Source: an uncultured Planctomycetaceae bacterium
GTDB taxonomy: Bacteria; Planctomycetota; Planctomycetia; Planctomycetales; Planctomycetaceae
Assembly (NCBI GenBank): GCA_963815195.1
Contig: CAWFGE010000013.1
Location: forward strand, 1,088,001 to 1,152,000
Length of the DNA: 64,000 nt
Direction: 5' to 3'
This document shows, in pieces, positions 38,305-49,491 of the stretch; within the stretch, counting starts at the first letter, position 1; every line of letters starts with the position of its first letter. A program made the position numbers and the translations under genes. The notes below the pieces were generated by a model that saw only the letters and a list, made by a program, of their open reading frames with translations, was not told the DNA's origin and did no database searches.

Positions 38305-39480
38305 TCAGCGAAGGCGGGCGATGTAGCGGAGGAACTCTTGATCCAACTGTTTCAAGTCGTCTCCGAAGGCGGCCTGGAATTCCGCGAGGCGTTCTTTGGG
38401 GTTGTTCCACACGAGCGGTTTTTTTTGGGAGAGAGCATCGAGGTAGTTCTCGTATTGCCGCCGGTGTTTGTGGATCAGAAAGTACGTGAGGGCCCAGGCC
38501 TCCGCGTAGGCGTCGCCGGCGGTCTCGGCGTTTGTGAGGCGCGTGTCGCTGGAGATCAAGGTCGCCAGGGACTCCGGCGATTTGCGGCGGGCGAGGGTCT
38601 TTTTGAATTGACCCAGCCGCAGGCGGTTGACCTGGCCGATCGTCCGCCAACCGGTGCGGTTTTTGAGGTCGGGCGTCTCGAAATACATCGCCATGCCTTC
38701 GGTGAGCCACACCGGATTGTCGGCATAGCGGGTGTGCAGGCCGCAGTTGAAGGCGATCTGATGCGTCGCCTCGTGCACGACGGTCGCCACGTTGAACGGC
38801 GAGGCGGCCACCTTGCGGGCGACGTCCAACGGCGTTTGGGCCGGGGCGGAATTGGGGCCGGCCGTCAGATCGTAAAGCACGATGCGGTTCGTCCGCACCG
38901 AATAATAGCCCTTCGATTTGGCAGTCGCGGGGCTGGCATCCTTCGCGGCGAACTTCGCAAACTCGTCGGCCGAGGCAAACACGACCGCCGGCAGCGGGGC
39001 CTGGGGCTCTTCGAGCGACAGCGGCTTTCCGCGCCAATGCGTGAGAAACCCCGAGAGCAGCCGCTCGAACAAATTCCCGCACCACTCGGCGTAGGGCTTG
39101 CCGGCGTTGGTGCAGATGACGTAATGATCGGTCCGCACAATTTCGAACCCCTGGCCGAACTCGGCCAATAACTGCCGGCCCAATTCGTCCGCGGAGTCGG
39201 CGCGGTATTCGGCGTTGGTCGTCTTCACCGCCGGGCGCTGTTCGGCGGTGATCGTCCAAAGCTGTCCGGCCCGGTCTTCGAGCAAGACGCCGCCGTCGGC
39301 GGCTTCCACGAGCACCCGCCCCTCGCGAGTTTGGGGTTTTCCGTCTTTGCCGGTGTAGACGACTTCCACCAGCGGATCCCGGCCCCAAACCGGCCGGCCA
39401 TTCGCGCCAAGCACGATCGCCAATCCGATCATCAGCCATTGGAGTCGCAGGGAGACAAATAAGGACATCGGCCAACCCAT
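38305..39480 (-). CDS. DUF1570 domain zincin-like protein
   Basis: HEATHQIAFNCGLH, PVWLTEGMAMYFE, YAEAWALTYFL. Confidence 0.85.
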   Translation of the reverse strand: MGWPMSLFVSLRLQWLMIGLAIVLGANGRPVWGRDPLVEVVYTGKDGKPQTREGRVLVEAADGGVLLEDRAGQLWTITAEQRPAVKTTNAEYRADSADELGRQLLAEFGQGFEIVRTDHYVICTNAGKPYAEWCGNLFERLLSGFLTHWRGKPLSLEEPQAPLPAVVFASADEFAKFAAKDASPATAKSKGYYSVRTNRIVLYDLTAGPNSAPAQTPLDVARKVAASPFNVATVVHEATHQIAFNCGLHTRYADNPVWLTEGMAMYFETPDLKNRTGWRTIGQVNRLRLGQFKKTLARRKSPESLATLISSDTRLTNAETAGDAYAEAWALTYFLIHKHRRQYENYLDALSQKKPLVWNNPKERLAEFQAAFGDDLKQLDQEFLRYIARLR

Positions 39481-39514
39481 TGTTTCGTTTCGTTCAATTT
39501 GTTTCGGCCGACCC

Positions 39515-41965
39515 TCACGAGCGCATCATCGTTTCGTGCAGGTTGAGCAGCACGCGCGCGACGGAAGTCCAGGCGGAAAGCTCCGCGGGATCGCCGGCTG
39601 CGCTCATCGGTTTTAAGCCGACGGTTTGGAGTTTCTTCGCGGCGTCGGCTTCGGATTTGTATTGGGCTTCGTGTTTGTGGAGTAACGTGATTAACACATC
39701 GCGCTCGGCATCCCTGGGCTTGCGGGAGAGCACGAGCCGATAGGCGAACTCCAACCGGGACGTTTCCGTGTCGCCGCCTTCCCGCAGGATTCGCTCGGCG
39801 AGCGCACGCGCGGCTTCGACATAGGTGGGATCGTTTAGTAGCACCAAGGCCTGGAGCGGCGTGTTGGAGCGCGGCCGCTCGACCGTGCATTCCTCCCGCG
39901 TGGGGGCGTCGAAGGCCAACAGGCTCGGGTGCAAAAACGTCCGGCACCAATAGGTGTAAAGGCCCCGGCGATATTGGCTCTCGCCCGCATCGTGCTGCCA
40001 GGTCCGCTTGGGAAAGTTGAGGTGCTTCCAATAGCCTGCGGGCTGGTAAGGCTTCACGCTGGGACCGCCCACGGTCTCCACCAACAGCCCGCTGACCGCG
40101 AGGGCGTTGTCGCGGATCATCTCCGCATCCAGCCGGAACCGCGATTGCCGGGCCAGCCATTTGTTGTACGGATCGGCCTGCCGAAGCTCCGCGGAGACCT
40201 CGGACATTTGCCGGTAGGTTTCGGAAGTCACCATCAGCCGCACGAGGTGTTTGACGTTCCAACCGCTGTCCCTGAACTCGACCGCGAGCCAATCCAAGAG
40301 CCGCGGATGCGTCGGCCATTGCCCCTGGGAGCCGAAGTCGTCGAGCGTCGCCACCAGGCCTTTGCCGTGGAACAATTTCCAGAGCCGATTCGCGAAGACC
40401 CGCGCGGTAAGCGGGTTTTCCGGCCGAACCAGCCATTCCGCAAGATCTTTCCGCGTGGCCCGTTGCTGTTTGGTTTCGAGTGGCGGAAGGAACTCCGGCA
40501 CCGCGGGCGTCACAACTTTGCCAGAGTCGTCCAGCCAATTGCCCCGCGGCAGCACCCGCATCGTGCGCGGGCTTCCGGACATGGAAACCAGCGTGGTGGG
40601 AATCGCCTCGTTCAAGGTTTTCAGCGCGGCTTCGGCTTTCGCAACTTTCTGGCGAAGCGGATTGAGCCGGGGCGTGTAAGCCTTGATGACGTCTTCCGGT
40701 TTCACGGGCTTGGCTTTTTGAGCCACGGCCACTTGCGGCGTTTTTTGTTCGAGTTCTTTTTTCAGATCGGCGATCTCGGCGGCGAGTCGTTTTTGCTCGG
40801 CAGCTTGTGGGGCGGAAGCGAACGGCGTGGGCGGCTGCTGGCCGACGGCCGTCTCTTGGATGTCCGCAAAGAACGCCTCGAAGCTATAAAAGTCTTTGGT
40901 GAGGTACGGATCGAACTTGTGATCATGGCATTCCGCGCAGCCGAGCGTCGCGCCCATCCAAACCGTGGAGACATTCCGCACGCGGTCCGCGGCATACTTC
41001 GCCAGGTATTCCTTCGCCTGCGCCCCGCCTTCGCGGGTCGTCATGAGCAGCCGGTTGTAACCGGAGGCAATCCGCGTCTCGCGAGTCGGCTCATCCAGCA
41101 AATCGCCCGCCAACTGCTCTTTGGTAAATTCGTCGAAAGGTTTGTTGCCGGCAAACGCCTGGATCACATAATCCCGGTACAGGGACACATCGCGGTGGTT
41201 GTCGCCGTGGATGCCGTTGGTGTCGGCATAGCGAACCAGATCGAGCCAATACACCGCCATCCGCTCGCCGTAATGCATGGAACCCCGATCCTGGCTGCCA
41301 AAGTCGGTGGAACCCAATAAACGATCCACCAGGCGGTCATAAGCATCGGGGCGTTTGTCGCTCAAGAACTCTTCGACCTCCGCCGGCGTGGGCGGGAGTC
41401 CCAACAGATCGAAATACAGCCGGCGGATCAAAGTCACCTTGTCCGCCCGCGGAGACGGCGAAAGTTTTCTCGCCGCCAGTTGGGCGCGGATAAACGCATC
41501 GATCGGATGGGCCGGTTGTTGGCCCGCGAGTTTGGGAACCTCCGGGCGGACCGGGGGAATGTACGCCCAATGGCCTTTCCACTCGGCTCCCTGGGCGATC
41601 CATTTCTTGATGAGATCTTTCTGTGACTCCGAGAGTTTGCCTCCCGACTTCGGCGGCGGCATTTGCATGTCGGGATCGGTAGAGAAAACGCGCGAGACGA
41701 GTTCGCTCTTCGCCGGCTGGCCGGGTTCGATCAAGCGATACCCGCCGCGGTCGGCATACAGGTCGTCTTTCCGATCGAGCCGGAGTTCCGCTTCGCGGGT
41801 GTTCTTGTCGGGGCCGTGGCATTGAAAACAGTGCTCGGAAAAAATCGGCCGAATGTCGCGGTTGAAATCCACGGCCTCATCCGCCGTCGTCGGCATTCCG
41901 AACAGGAGGAGCAAGCCGACGGTGAAAGTGCACCGAAATGTTAGACGATCTATCTGCCTCATCAT
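39515..41965 (-). CDS. Planctomycete cytochrome c plus DUF1549/DUF1553 (PSD1) protein
   Basis: CFQCHGPD, WLDLVRYADT, CAECHDHKFDP, PTHPRLLDWLA, NTPLQAL. Confidence 0.92.
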   Translation of the reverse strand: MMRQIDRLTFRCTFTVGLLLLFGMPTTADEAVDFNRDIRPIFSEHCFQCHGPDKNTREAELRLDRKDDLYADRGGYRLIEPGQPAKSELVSRVFSTDPDMQMPPPKSGGKLSESQKDLIKKWIAQGAEWKGHWAYIPPVRPEVPKLAGQQPAHPIDAFIRAQLAARKLSPSPRADKVTLIRRLYFDLLGLPPTPAEVEEFLSDKRPDAYDRLVDRLLGSTDFGSQDRGSMHYGERMAVYWLDLVRYADTNGIHGDNHRDVSLYRDYVIQAFAGNKPFDEFTKEQLAGDLLDEPTRETRIASGYNRLLMTTREGGAQAKEYLAKYAADRVRNVSTVWMGATLGCAECHDHKFDPYLTKDFYSFEAFFADIQETAVGQQPPTPFASAPQAAEQKRLAAEIADLKKELEQKTPQVAVAQKAKPVKPEDVIKAYTPRLNPLRQKVAKAEAALKTLNEAIPTTLVSMSGSPRTMRVLPRGNWLDDSGKVVTPAVPEFLPPLETKQQRATRKDLAEWLVRPENPLTARVFANRLWKLFHGKGLVATLDDFGSQGQWPTHPRLLDWLAVEFRDSGWNVKHLVRLMVTSETYRQMSEVSAELRQADPYNKWLARQSRFRLDAEMIRDNALAVSGLLVETVGGPSVKPYQPAGYWKHLNFPKRTWQHDAGESQYRRGLYTYWCRTFLHPSLLAFDAPTREECTVERPRSNTPLQALVLLNDPTYVEAARALAERILREGGDTETSRLEFAYRLVLSRKPRDAERDVLITLLHKHEAQYKSEADAAKKLQTVGLKPMSAAGDPAELSAWTSVARVLLNLHETMMRS

Positions 41966-42108
41966 GGCGACTCCCGCGGGTCATTCTGCGTTTAGGTTTC
42001 AAAGAACCGGGGCGGACCACCCTGCGGGCGGTGCCCCCTGCGGCTAATGAATGGAACAACAATTCATCACGTGATCCTAATCCATGATGACTTGTCGCGC
42101 CGGGTTTT

Positions 42109-42639
42109 TCAAAGCTGGGGCTGAATGAGGGCGGCGAGGTTGCAGTCTTCGCGGACCGTCAGGCCCGATTGCGCGAGATCGAAGCCCGCGGCAATCTCGG
42201 CGAGCGTCTGCCCGGTTTTTGGGTGAACAAACTCCGGAAACAACTCCGCGAGCGGAACCGCGACGAACGCCCGCGTGAGCATGTCCGCATCGAACGCCTC
42301 GGATTTCAGCGGCGTGATGAAAATCGAGAGATCCACATCGATCGTCCGCGGGCCATTGATGTTCTCCGGATCGCGCACGCGGTGCAGGTGGAGTTCGACT
42401 CGGCGGAGGACGTTGTGCTTGAGTTCGGCCGCGGAAAACGGCGTCTCCAAAAGCACGGCGGCGTTCAGGAAGTTGGGCTGATCGAGAAACCCGGCCGGCG
42501 GCGATTCCCAGACCCGCGAGGCTTGTTTGACGTTGCCGCCGCTTTGAAGCTCGCGAACGGCCGCCTGCAGGTTAGAAACGGGATCGATGTTCGATCCCAG
42601 CGAAATCAGCGCCCGGTTGGGCGAAAACCAGTCACGCAT
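42109..42639 (-). CDS. folK: 2-amino-4-hydroxy-6-hydroxymethyldihydropteridine diphosphokinase
   Basis: ISLGSNI, QPNFLNAAV, GPRTIDVD, RAFVAVPL. Confidence 0.9.
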   Translation of the reverse strand: MRDWFSPNRALISLGSNIDPVSNLQAAVRELQSGGNVKQASRVWESPPAGFLDQPNFLNAAVLLETPFSAAELKHNVLRRVELHLHRVRDPENINGPRTIDVDLSIFITPLKSEAFDADMLTRAFVAVPLAELFPEFVHPKTGQTLAEIAAGFDLAQSGLTVREDCNLAALIQPQL

Positions 42640-42994
42640 CGTCCTGGCTCCGCTCGATCTCGACGCCCACGGACCGCGCGAACCGCAGGGCCTGGGGCTT
42701 TTCCACGGTGACTTTCACCCGCTCGATGCGGGCATCGGCGAGGCAGACGCGGGCGATCTCCTCGGCCAGCCGCTCCACCAACAGGAACCGCGACGTCTCC
42801 ACAAGCTGGATGATCTGCTTGGTCAGCGTGCGGTAGTTGACGGCGTCGGCGATTTCGTCCGATCGGCCCGCGGCTCGCGTGTCGGTGTCCACGACAAGGT
42901 TCACGAGCACATCCTGCCGTTCGGTGCGCTCGTCCTCGTTGATGCCGATGATGGTTCGCAGCAAGAGATCCTTGATGAGGATGCGGTCGGTCAT
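42632..42994 (-). CDS. folB: Dihydroneopterin aldolase
   Basis: DRILIKDL..IIGI..ER..Q, VNYRT, LVERLAE, VEKPQA. Confidence 0.9.
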   Translation of the reverse strand: MTDRILIKDLLLRTIIGINEDERTERQDVLVNLVVDTDTRAAGRSDEIADAVNYRTLTKQIIQLVETSRFLLVERLAEEIARVCLADARIERVKVTVEKPQALRFARSVGVEIERSQDDA

Positions 42995-43041
42995 GGGGCG
43001 GCTTCTCGGCGGGAAAGGGACATCAAAACATCCTGTTTTAA

Positions 43042-43809
43042 TCAAGCCGAGAGATGCTCGCCACCGTTGACGTGCAGAATTTCTCCGGTGACGAACTCGG
43101 CCTGGAGCAAATACAGCGCGGCCTGCACGATGTCCTCCGGCGATCCCACGCGGTGCAGTGGATTGTTCTGGGCGAGCGAGTTCAAATAGTCGCCGCCTTG
43201 GCCGGGCGGCGGCAAAATCGCGCCGGGGGCGATGGCGTTGACGCGGATGTTCGACGGTCCCAACTCGGCGGCCAGCGCTTTCGTCAGCGCCGCGAGGCCG
43301 CTTTTGGCGATGGTGTAAGCGAGATGGCTGGTCCCCGCCGCCGGGTGGGTCGTGCGCCAATCGAGGATGTTCAAGATCTGGGCCGTTGCCCGCGGCGAAT
43401 CTTCACGTTTTGCAAACTGGAAGGCAAACTCTTTGGCGAGAAAACACGGGGCTTTGAGGTTGATCGCGAAATGGCGGTCCCAGATTTCGCCGGTGGTTTC
43501 GGCGAGTGTCGCCGGCTCGAAAATGGCCGCGCTGTTGATGAGCAGGTCCGCGCCGCCGAACGCGGCCGCGGCGATTTCCATCACCTGCCGGGCGGCTTTC
43601 TCCGGTTCTTCAAAATCCGCGCGGATCAACCGCACCTCGCCGCCGAGGTGTTCGATTTCGTTCGCGGTTTCGCGGGCGGCTTTTTCGGAGGCGTTGTAAT
43701 GCAGGACGATCTTCGCCCCCGCGCCGGCGAGAGCCAACGCCAGCGCCCGCCCCAACCGCACGGCTCCGCCCGTCACAATCACCGATTTGTTCCGAAGTCC
43801 CATCGCCAC
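43042..43809 (-). CDS. SDR oxidoreductase, pteridine reductase/FolM-like
   Basis: VTGGAVRLG, INSAAIF, YTIAK, VNAIAPG; clustered with folB and folK. Confidence 0.85.
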   Translation of the reverse strand: MAMGLRNKSVIVTGGAVRLGRALALALAGAGAKIVLHYNASEKAARETANEIEHLGGEVRLIRADFEEPEKAARQVMEIAAAAFGGADLLINSAAIFEPATLAETTGEIWDRHFAINLKAPCFLAKEFAFQFAKREDSPRATAQILNILDWRTTHPAAGTSHLAYTIAKSGLAALTKALAAELGPSNIRVNAIAPGAILPPPGQGGDYLNSLAQNNPLHRVGSPEDIVQAALYLLQAEFVTGEILHVNGGEHLSA

Positions 43810-43856
43810 GGAATCCCGAAGTCAAAAGCTTTACGAAGCCACGGATGAAAAAAACC

Positions 43857-46047
43857 TCAGCGGGGCAATGGGGGCAGGATCGGGCCGCTTTTGGGGTCTT
43901 CTGTTTTGCCTTGTTTTTCTGGGGCCGATTCCGTTTGCGGCCGCGGCGCGGGCAAAGCCGGAATGTTTTCGCGTTGTTGGGGGAGCGGCGACGATGGACG
44001 ACTTTGCGGATACGTCTGCGAGGGGACACCGCGGTTGTCGTGGTACAGGGGGACGGCCACGTCGGGGTCGGGAATTGGCGGACCGAAGAATTGGGCCGCG
44101 CCACGGTTCCACCGCGAGGCCGCTTCCGCAAACACGTTGAAGTGCTCCCCCGACCGCAGGTAAAGGCCGGGCGGAAGGCTGAACACGCCCAGGCTCACGT
44201 TGTTCTTCAAGTCAAAATCGGGCAGCACGCTGATGTGCTTGGGGTCAATGTATTTATAGGTCACGCGCTTGGCCCACACGACCAGCGTGGGGCCGGGCTG
44301 CGGCGGGATGGGAAGGCTCAAGACTTGCGGAACCCAACTGCCCGCCGGCCCGGGCACGAGATGGACTTCGTTCAATGTTCCGCCGCCGCTGCGACTGATC
44401 TGGCGCGGCACGCTGCCGCCGGCGGGGATGTTGAACTGCTGCGGAGGCACCGGGGCGAACGGATAAACCATCTGCACGACAAGTTCATCCTGGCTGGGAT
44501 TGTCGAAATAAATCGTGGCCGGGGTCAATGCGGTGTTGAGAGCCACCTGCCTTTGCACCAAAGGCGAGGCATAACCGACGCCGGGCTGGAGCAAATACGG
44601 ATGCCAATCGCCGTTCCAATAGCCGTCGGCGATCAATCGCCCGGTGGCATCGACGCCGAAGGCCGTTTGCGAAAACGGATCGGCCGCGACGGGGGCCCCG
44701 GTGAAAAAGCCCTGGGTGAGCGTGGTCTGATTCCATCCGCCCGCCGTGTTGGTCCAGGCGTTCCAGGCTCCGCCCTGGCCGAACCCGACCAGCGACAGGT
44801 TGGCTCCCGATTGGGAAAACGCGACCGGGCTTCCCGGCGGCAGCGTGGCTCCCCGCACCGGGATTGCCTGCCAACGTCCTTGGGCTTGCTCCAAAGTTTG
44901 CACCTGCCCGCGGGCGTCGACGCCGGCCAACCACACCTGGGATGTTCCCGCCGCCGTTTGCACCGTCGCCGAGATGGGGGCATCGGGCGGAAAGCCCGCG
45001 GCCACGGCTTCCGGGCCGTTCCATCGGCCTCGGGTGCTCTGGTAATTCAGCAGCTGCCCCTGCCGGTCCACAAGGTACAGATTCTCCCCGGAACCTAAGC
45101 GGGTCGAATGCGACACGACGGAAATCGGGGCGCCGGAAGTGAAGCGGCCGGCTTGCCCGTCGATCAATTGATGCCGGCCGCCCGACAAGTCGAGATTCCA
45201 CAAACGCCCCTGTTTGTCCACTGCGAAGCCTTCCGCTCCGCCATCGTCCGAGCGGGTGCGGACATGCGAGGCGGGGGCGAATTGCAAATCGTCCGCGACC
45301 GGCCGGATTTGATGTCCGTTCGAGATCTCCACCAACTTCCCGCCGGAGTTGACGGTGTAGGCCAGCGGGGCTTGTTCGCCGCGGCGGGAAACGAGCGACA
45401 GCGGCGCGCCGGGAATCAACCCCGATTGATTGGCCACGCCCTGATTGGCAACAGGATAGGGCTGCCATTGATCCCGCCAACCGTGATACGCCTGCAGCCG
45501 GCCTTTCTGATCGATGAAGCCGACGTCGAGCCTTTGGTTTCCCGCGGGCGTGTAGGCGACTTCCATCGGTCCCGCGGAACGTTGCCCGCCGGCAATGGGC
45601 GCGCGGCGCGGGCGTTTCATTTCCGCGCGGCGAAACGGCGGCCGGTCGCCGGGCGGTGACCGTGTTGGGCATCGGCGGTGCCGCTTGCATGGCCTGAATC
45701 TGCTGCTGGCTCGCCCGCCAGTTCTGGCCGTTCGCGGTGCCGATCTGCATCGAGCCGGCATCCTTCACCGGCCAACGCAACGCCTGACCGGCGGCCGGCG
45801 AAAAATAGCCCAGATACCGTCCATCCGGCGAATCGAACAGCCGCTGCCTTTGATACACGAACGTCTGGTTCTGCCGATCGGTGATCGTCAACTGCTCCGG
45901 GCTTTGAACGGCAGTGGACGTGAGGTCGTTCCGTCCGGGCACCTGGAGCACAAAACGCTCCTGGGCCAGAGCCGCTTGCGCGAATCCGGCCAGGCAGCCC
46001 AAGATTGCCAGGAACAGCCAACGGCGAGTTCGGAGAGGGAAATCCAT
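43857..46047 (-). CDS. Large secreted hypothetical protein (beta-propeller-like repeats), frameshift near 45605
   Basis: Signal peptide in ORF starting 46047; repeated VDxxGxL / PGAP(I/V) units in ORF 43857-45761. Confidence 0.65.
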
Positions 46048-46301
46048 GAGCGTCTCCTCAATGGGGAATCATTCGTCTTTCTTCCATTTCCATTATAGAA
46101 AGTTCGTGCCGGGAATGTCGCGATTTTTCACAGGGCCGGGGTTTTCCGGGTTTTTGTCAGAACCGGCGGAATCCGGAGAACCCTTTTCATCGGACTTCAA
46201 AATCCGCGACCGGTCCCGGGAAATGTCCTCGTCCCATAAAACCTGAGGTAAACTTGGGACGAACCATTTCCGCGCGACTTGCCTGACACGGGATATCGGC
46301 A

Positions 46302-46757
46302 ATGTTGAATTTTGACTTTTTCACCGAACGGTCGGATGTCTACCGGGCCCTGTCGAGCCGGCTGAATGACCAATGTATGGACGGGCTGCGCTATCAGGAC
46401 CGAAAAGTCCAGCGCAGCGAATTCTGCGAAGTCATCTGGCTCGTTTCCAAAAAAGGCAAAGGCTTCGACTATTCCCAAGCAGTCCCGGCGATCAGCCGAG
46501 ATCTCAGCATCCGGGGATTGTCGCTGGTTCACACGGCCCCCATTGCCGGCGGCGAGCTGGTCGTGGCGATCCCCGGAAAGCACGGCTTTAGCTTCTTGCA
46601 CTGCAACGTGCAGCATTGCTCCGACCTGGGATACGGGTTTTTCCAGATCGGATTGTACGCCGCGAAAGTCGTCACGCCGAACATGGCCGACATGACCATT
46701 TGGGAAAAACGCAAAGCCCAATTCCGCCAGGAAGCGCCCGCCGAACCCATCGTCTGA
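46302..46757 (+). CDS. PilZ-like domain hypothetical protein
   Basis: DRKVQR..SRDLSIRGLS resembles the PilZ RxxxR and DxSxxG motifs. Confidence 0.6.
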   Translation: MLNFDFFTERSDVYRALSSRLNDQCMDGLRYQDRKVQRSEFCEVIWLVSKKGKGFDYSQAVPAISRDLSIRGLSLVHTAPIAGGELVVAIPGKHGFSFLHCNVQHCSDLGYGFFQIGLYAAKVVTPNMADMTIWEKRKAQFRQEAPAEPIV

Positions 46758-47065
46758 CGGTTCCGACTTAAAGCCTCGAAGAATTCAATCCGTCCGCGAT
46801 TGAGCCCTGGGGAAATCCATAATTTCCCAGGGCTTCGTTCATTGGCATCCGCTCGCGGGCCGGCAATCGTGCAGAATTACAAATAACTCAAGCCCGGCAA
46901 ATATCCCTCAAAACAAGTTGCCACGCCACATTATCCGTGGTTCAATGTTTTGGAGCGCCACTCTTGTTCGCGAGTTTAATACGAGCGGTCGCTGCGCGCT
47001 CCGTTGGGTTGAGCGCGATGCCGGTTTCGCCCGTGCTCAAGATCGTTGTGTAGGAACATAGGACC

Positions 47066-47800
47066 ATGGACACCGCCGTCACATTCGGCCTGTTGATCGT
47101 CGCCTTCGCCGGGGTGGCTTGGTTTTTTGCGCGGCGTTACGAGCAAAAACGCACGCGGGAGTTCGCAGCCGTCGCCGAGGTGTGGGGCATGGAGTTTTTT
47201 CCCAAGGGCGACTCTTCGCTCAAGGACAAGGACGGCGAATATGCCGGGACGCTCGGGGATTTTTCGCTTTTGAAGGAGGGGCATGGGCAGAAGCTCAAGA
47301 ACCTGATTCGCGGCCGGACCCAGAGCGTCGATGTGTCGGTTTTCGATTACACCTACACCGTCGGCGGCGGGGATTCTTCCTCCACGCACCGGCAGACCGT
47401 GGTGCACTTCGAATGTGACCGGCTCGCGTTGCCCAAGTTCGAGCTTCGCCCCGAGCACCTGGGCCATCGCCTGGCGAAACTGTTCGGCTACCAGGACATC
47501 AACTTTCCCGAGTCCCCCAAGTTCTCCAAGAAGTATCTGCTCCGCGGCGAAGACGAGCCGGCGATTCGCGATGCATTTACGGCCGACGTGCTCGAACATC
47601 TGGAATCGCTGGACGGATTGCACGTTGCCGGGGACCGATCGAAACTGATCGTGTATCGGCACGACAAACGCGTCCGCCCCGCGGAGCTGGACGGGTTTTT
47701 GAGAGAGGCGTTCGGGATCTACTCGCAATTCAAAGCCGCGTGCGATGCATCGCTCGGCACCGGCGAGCGATCTGAAGTGACGATGGAGGAGGGCAGTTAG
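47066..47800 (+). CDS. Membrane-anchored hypothetical protein
   Basis: N-terminal TM; FDYTY, DINFPESPKFS. Confidence 0.8.
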   Translation: MDTAVTFGLLIVAFAGVAWFFARRYEQKRTREFAAVAEVWGMEFFPKGDSSLKDKDGEYAGTLGDFSLLKEGHGQKLKNLIRGRTQSVDVSVFDYTYTVGGGDSSSTHRQTVVHFECDRLALPKFELRPEHLGHRLAKLFGYQDINFPESPKFSKKYLLRGEDEPAIRDAFTADVLEHLESLDGLHVAGDRSKLIVYRHDKRVRPAELDGFLREAFGIYSQFKAACDASLGTGERSEVTMEEGS

Positions 47801-47856
47801 AAGTTACGATTGCCCTTTCAATTTTTTGATTGCCTTTGGATGATTCGAGAAATAAC

Positions 47857-47924
47857 TGAGCGGAATGGCGCTAGCCACCGGTTGGTGCAACGTGAAAAGC
47901 CGGCGGCTAGCGCCCAGCCGCTCA
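47857..47924. repeat. REP-like palindrome (GCGCTAGCC family)
   Basis: TGAGCGG..GCGCTAGCC..CCGG / CCGG..GGCTAGCGC..CCGCTCA. Confidence 0.75.
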
Positions 47925-48049
47925 AAGAATAGAGGACACTTATTTCTCGAACCATCCTTTGCCAAACTCCATCCTCTATCCTCCATCCTCATTTACAACG
48001 GAGTGGATGACATGCTCCCCACCTCGCGCTTTGACATCGCGGCCGACGC

Positions 48050-48784
48050 ATGAAATGGTTCAAGGCCCGGATTTTTGGCGTCGCGTTCTTTGTGATGGGG
48101 CTGCTCTTGGCGATCCATGCGGTGCGGCGGGGCGGTTGGTGGTGGGGGCTGTTGTGGCCCGCGGTTTCGTTGTGGGCGGCGGGGATCGCCTATTTGTGGC
48201 TGGGGCCGGGCGTGTTCGGCAAAACGCCCCTGGGCACGCGGCGGCTTCATTCCCGGCTGATCTTGATGCCTTACTGCGGGGCGAACTGGCTGGGCTGGCG
48301 GCTGTTGCGGTTTGTGGTGCGGGAGGACTGCTGGAACGAGGCGGCCCCGAAGCTCTACATCGGCCGCCGGGCTTACGGCCACGAACTTCCGCCGGACGCG
48401 GGACTGATCGTGGACTTGACGGCGGAGTTCATCGAACCGATCGCCGTCCGCACGGGCCGGCGTTATGTGAGCTTTCCCATCCTGGACGCCTACATTCCCC
48501 ACAGCGATGAGGAGGTGCTCATTCTCATCGAGGAACTGGGCAACTCGACGGAGTCCATATACATCCACTGTGCCGAGGGCCACGGCCGGGCCGCGATGAT
48601 TGCAGCGCTCGTCTTGGTGCACCGAGGCGTCGCGACGGACGGGGAGTCGGCGTTGGCCCATCTGCAAAAAATCCGCCCCCGCATCAAACTCCGCCCCCAC
48701 CAGCGCGAGGCTTTGGAACGCTGGATCAAACTCTTATTCGCGGCGGCCGTCACTCCGCGGCAAACAGATGAAAATGCGAGTTGA
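48050..48784 (+). CDS. Membrane dual-specificity protein phosphatase
   Basis: N-terminal TMs; IHCAEGHGR (CX5R). Confidence 0.85.
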   Translation: MKWFKARIFGVAFFVMGLLLAIHAVRRGGWWWGLLWPAVSLWAAGIAYLWLGPGVFGKTPLGTRRLHSRLILMPYCGANWLGWRLLRFVVREDCWNEAAPKLYIGRRAYGHELPPDAGLIVDLTAEFIEPIAVRTGRRYVSFPILDAYIPHSDEEVLILIEELGNSTESIYIHCAEGHGRAAMIAALVLVHRGVATDGESALAHLQKIRPRIKLRPHQREALERWIKLLFAAAVTPRQTDENAS

Positions 48785-49397
48785 GCGTAAGAAGCTCGGA
48801 CTTTCCATCCTTGTGGCGGATGATGTTGATGCAGCAGTTCGCCTGGTGGATGTCCTTGGCCCGCTTGAGATCGAGGCCCAAAACATCGGCGAGATAAGCC
48901 CGGTTGACGACGTTATGAGCCACGGCCACGATCGATTCGCCGCGGTGCTTTTCGAGCAGCCCTTCGAGAGCCGGCTTCGCGCGGCCGAGCACATCGCGGT
49001 AAGATTCGCCCCCCAGGTAAGGCGTGTCGCCGGGGTCTTCCATGAAGGCCCGGTACGCGGTTTCGTTCTCTTCCATAATCATGCTCCACGACTTGCCTTC
49101 CCACTCGCCGACGTTGACTTCGTGAATGCCTTCCAAAGATCGCGGCTCGAGATAAAGCAGCCGGGCGATCTCGCCGGCGGTTTCGCGGGCGCGGAGCAGC
49201 GTGCTCGAATAGACAGCGTGGATCGAAATCTTCGCCAGGAACTTCGCCACCGCCCGGGCCTGGGCGCGGCCGTTTTCGCTCAGCGGGAAATTGATGCCAT
49301 GCCCCTGGAGCACATAAGGCCTCCGTTCGTTGGCTTCCGTCGCTCCGTGGCGAACCAAAAACAAATGCGTGGTCTGGTCATCCGAATCCGGCCACAT
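48750..49397 (-). CDS. Histidine phosphatase family protein
   Basis: LVRHGAT, SSTLLRARETA, GGES, VAH. Confidence 0.88.
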   Translation of the reverse strand: MWPDSDDQTTHLFLVRHGATEANERRPYVLQGHGINFPLSENGRAQARAVAKFLAKISIHAVYSSTLLRARETAGEIARLLYLEPRSLEGIHEVNVGEWEGKSWSMIMEENETAYRAFMEDPGDTPYLGGESYRDVLGRAKPALEGLLEKHRGESIVAVAHNVVNRAYLADVLGLDLKRAKDIHQANCCINIIRHKDGKSELLTLNSHFHLFAAE

Positions 49398-49441
49398 GTT
49401 TCAAAATCCATTCTGTTCTATTCATGGTTTGGAAAGAAAAC

Positions 49442-49470
49442 AAAAAGCCGCCTCCCGTTGGGAAAGCGGC
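49442..49470 (-). terminator. Intrinsic terminator
   Basis: Reverse complement GAGCCGCTTTCCC-AAC-GGGAGGCGGC-TTTTT. Confidence 0.55.
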
Positions 49471-49491
49471 TCTGTGCGAAGGCGGGGAGCC

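Noticed and set aside
42109..43809. folM-folB-folK cluster as a novel pathway
   Set aside because: Ordinary pterin/folate cluster; the absence of folP from this window is uninformative.
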